32,000 bases of DNA from Candidatus Saccharimonadota bacterium (lineage in GTDB: Bacteria; Bacillota_I; Bacilli_A; Mycoplasmatales; Hepatoplasmataceae): the NCBI GenBank assembly GCA_027925225.1, contig AP027131.1, positions 150,001-182,000 on the forward strand, read 5' to 3'. Below are positions 29,885 to 32,000 of this stretch, one piece after another. Under the pieces are notes generated by a model. The model worked only from the letters and a program-made list of their open reading frames with translations, was not told where the DNA came from and searched no databases. Position 1 is the first letter of the stretch. Every line of letters starts with the position of its first letter. A program made the translations under genes and the position numbers.

Positions 29885-31798
29885 ATGAACACAAAATTAG
29901 ATAATGATTATTTTTTAGGTAAACTAATAAAAGTTGAAAATGATATTGCATATTTGCATACAACAAACTTTAATCTTGAAAATAAGAGTTATATTATTTA
30001 TAAAAATAAGATTTTTAAAACACCTTATGTTGGTTCATTTTTAAAAATTTCTTCTTTTGGAAATTATTTTATTGCAAAAATAATTTCTGAAAAATTATTT
30101 ATTAATGAAAAAAATAAATATAAAATATACAAAATTTCTCTTATTGGTTTATTAGATGATTTTTATAAAATAAAAAATGATTATTCTTTTAGTCCGCAAG
30201 TTGGAAATAATGCATCCCTTTTTAGTAATGATGAACTAGATAAAATAGAATCAACAAAAGTTGAAGAAGGTTTTTATATTGAAAATGTAGGTACAATAAA
30301 AGATAATAGAGTACCGCTTGCAATAAATATAGATTTTTTTGCATCAAATATATTATTTGTAGGAAATAAAAATTTTGGGAAAACTAATTTAGTTTTTAGA
30401 ATTTATCGTAAATTTTTTTTTAATTATTTAAAAAAATTTAATAAAAATTATAAATTTTTATTTTTAAATTTTGAAAGTGAATTACATGATGATTTAAAGA
30501 TAATTTCAGATAAGGAAAATTACAAAGGTAAATTTATAGAAGTTGGTCTTGAAAATAATTCAATAAATCTTTTTAAAAAAGAAGATTTATTGCTTAATGA
30601 TTATTATTTATTGGGCGAAATAAAAGGAAATTCAGAAGCAAAAATTGCAGAAGATTTTTTTAATTGAGAAAGAAATGGATATGAAGATTTAAATATAGGA
30701 GAAATTTTTAATTTTGTTAAAAGTGACGAGAGAATATTAAACCATTTTAAAAACTCTTTTAAAGCTCTTTATAGAAAAAGAAGAGAATTAATAAAAAATA
30801 ATTTTAATTTTTCTAAATTAGAAAGATATCTTAATTATGCTCTTTTAAATATTAATAGTTTTTTAGACAATCTTTTTTTTAAAGAAAATAAATTGTTTTT
30901 AAAAACAGCACTTTTTAAAGAAAATAAAGATTTTAAAAAAGCTTTTTCAAGTCTCTATAAATATTATAAAGATGTTGAATATCTTGAACTTACTGGAGAA
31001 AGATTTAAATGACTTAGAGATTTTATTTTATTAAAAGAAAATAAAAATACATTTGATGTTACTTTTGAATTTAAAAAAAATATTAAAAAAAGTTTTAGAT
31101 TGAAACTAAATTTTTTTGTATTAAAATCTCTTATAGAAGAAAAGGAATGTAATTATGATCAAATAATAAATTTTTCTTCTAAATTTATTAAAAACTGAAA
31201 AATAATAAAGCATTTATTTTATGAAAATGATATTGAGTTAAAAGAAAATGTATTTGAAAAAAATAATATTTTTTCATTTAATTTTAAAAATTTAGGTAAT
31301 AATAAATCCTTGTTTGCAACAATTATTATTAAAAAAATTTATTCAAAATTTATAAAAATATCCGAAAAAGAAAAATTATTAAATATAATAATAGATTCTA
31401 AAGAGCAATTATTTGATTCAAAATATGATGATAGTATGTATTATGTAAAATATAAAAATAATTTTTTTAAAAATCTTTTAATAAAAGGAAAAGAGAATAA
31501 TGTTTATTCAACTTATTTATCATCATCATTTAAAAATTTAAATGTAGATATTCTTAATTTATTTAATAATTTTTTTGTTTTTAATTTAACTAGTAGCTTC
31601 GATTTTCAAATTATTTTGGAAAATTTTAATATTATAGAAGAAGATAATATTAAAAAAATAAGAAAATTTGGATATAACAATTGTTATTGTTTTGGGAAAA
31701 ATTTTATTAGATTATTAGAAATTTATTTTGAAGAAAATTATAACAAACAAAAAAGAGAAATTAATAATGAAACAACCATTAGTAAATTTCTCTCATAA
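29885..31798 (+). CDS. divergent HerA/DUF87-like P-loop ATPase (637 aa)
   Basis: Track ORFs 29885-30667 and 31310-31798 are one frame. I checked every codon between them; the only interruptions are TGA at 30665, 31010 and 31196. The layout is as follows:
- an N-terminal barrel-like segment (YFLGKLIKVENDIAYL...YVGSFLKISSFGNYFIAKIISE);
- Walker A GNKNFGKT (30362-30385);
- Walker-B-like LLNIIIDSKEQ (31376-31408);
- a C-terminal NNFFVFNLTS block. Confidence 0.55.
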
Positions 31799-31841
31799 TT
31801 TTTAAATATTTACTTATTAACATTTAAAAAAATAATTAATT

Positions 31842-32000
31842 CTACAATATATATTTATTAGGAAATTCCTTGCGCATTTTATTAATAAAAGTCTTTTTAT
31901 CTAGATTTTTATATTTTTTATACAATTCTTTAGCTTCCTTAATTTCTTTTAATGCAAATTCTAAATTTTCAAAACCACCAATAATAACTTTTTTGTTTTG
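31842..32000 (-). CDS. 3' end of an unidentified gene (5' part outside the window)
   Basis: The minus-strand frame is open from the window edge to TAG 31844-31842. It encodes ...QNKKVIIGGFENLEFALKEIKEAKELYKKYKNLDKKTFINKMRKEFPNKYIL. I do not recognise the family from 52 residues. Confidence 0.45.
   Translation of the reverse strand, partial: QNKKVIIGGFENLEFALKEIKEAKELYKKYKNLDKKTFINKMRKEFPNKYIL

Noticed and set aside
1-32000. A search by eye for tRNA, rRNA, tmRNA or RNase P-like GC-rich structured segments, IS elements, integrases and prophage genes.
   Set aside because: I found no GC-rich cloverleaf-like segments or conserved T-loop (GGTTCGAATCC-type) strings, and no transposase or integrase motifs. 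The only GC-rich hairpin is the terminator at 23321-23350.

Overview
This is an extremely AT-rich chromosomal segment of Mollicutes type (Mycoplasma/Ureaplasma-like). It only makes sense when TGA is read as Trp (genetic code 4). The supplied standard-code ORF track therefore splits almost every gene at in-frame TGA codons; all real stops I find are TAA or TAG. I re-joined the pieces by hand.

Features in order along the window:
- 2-415: 3' end of leuS.
- 531-8351: a 7.8-kb gene for a ~2,600-aa Lys/Glu/Asn-rich coiled-coil protein. It contains four tandem ~1.08-kb repeat units and, as sequenced, is broken by two single-base frameshifts.
- 8357-9187, minus strand: rnhC.
- 9216-15214: a tightly packed housekeeping operon, acpS-plsC-tdk-pdp-scpA-scpB-rluB-rsmE.
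- 15283-23211: an accessory-looking block holding:
  - two paralogous multi-pass membrane proteins, the second frameshifted at a homopolymer;
  - two tandem Asn/Tyr-rich surface-anchored proteins with FN3-like modules;
  - a divergent pair of predicted RNases, bracketed by the two best hairpin terminators in the window.
- 23357-24313, minus strand: manA, divergent from an unusual fusion of a ribbon-helix-helix domain to a degenerate FruK/PfkB-like kinase.
- 25823-29842: rsgA, a CPC-type P1B ATPase and an M42 aminopeptidase.
- 29885-31798: a divergent HerA/DUF87-like P-loop protein.
- 31842-32000, minus strand: the 3' end of an unidentified gene.

The RNase pair is a MazF/PemK-like toxin with a ~78-aa N-terminal extension and no antitoxin gene, next to a 570-aa protein carrying two Rx4H HEPN-type motifs. 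It is my best candidate for an undescribed toxin/defence system.

I saw no tRNA or rRNA genes, no CRISPR array, and no transposase or integrase. All functional calls come from motif recognition by eye. No database search was run.
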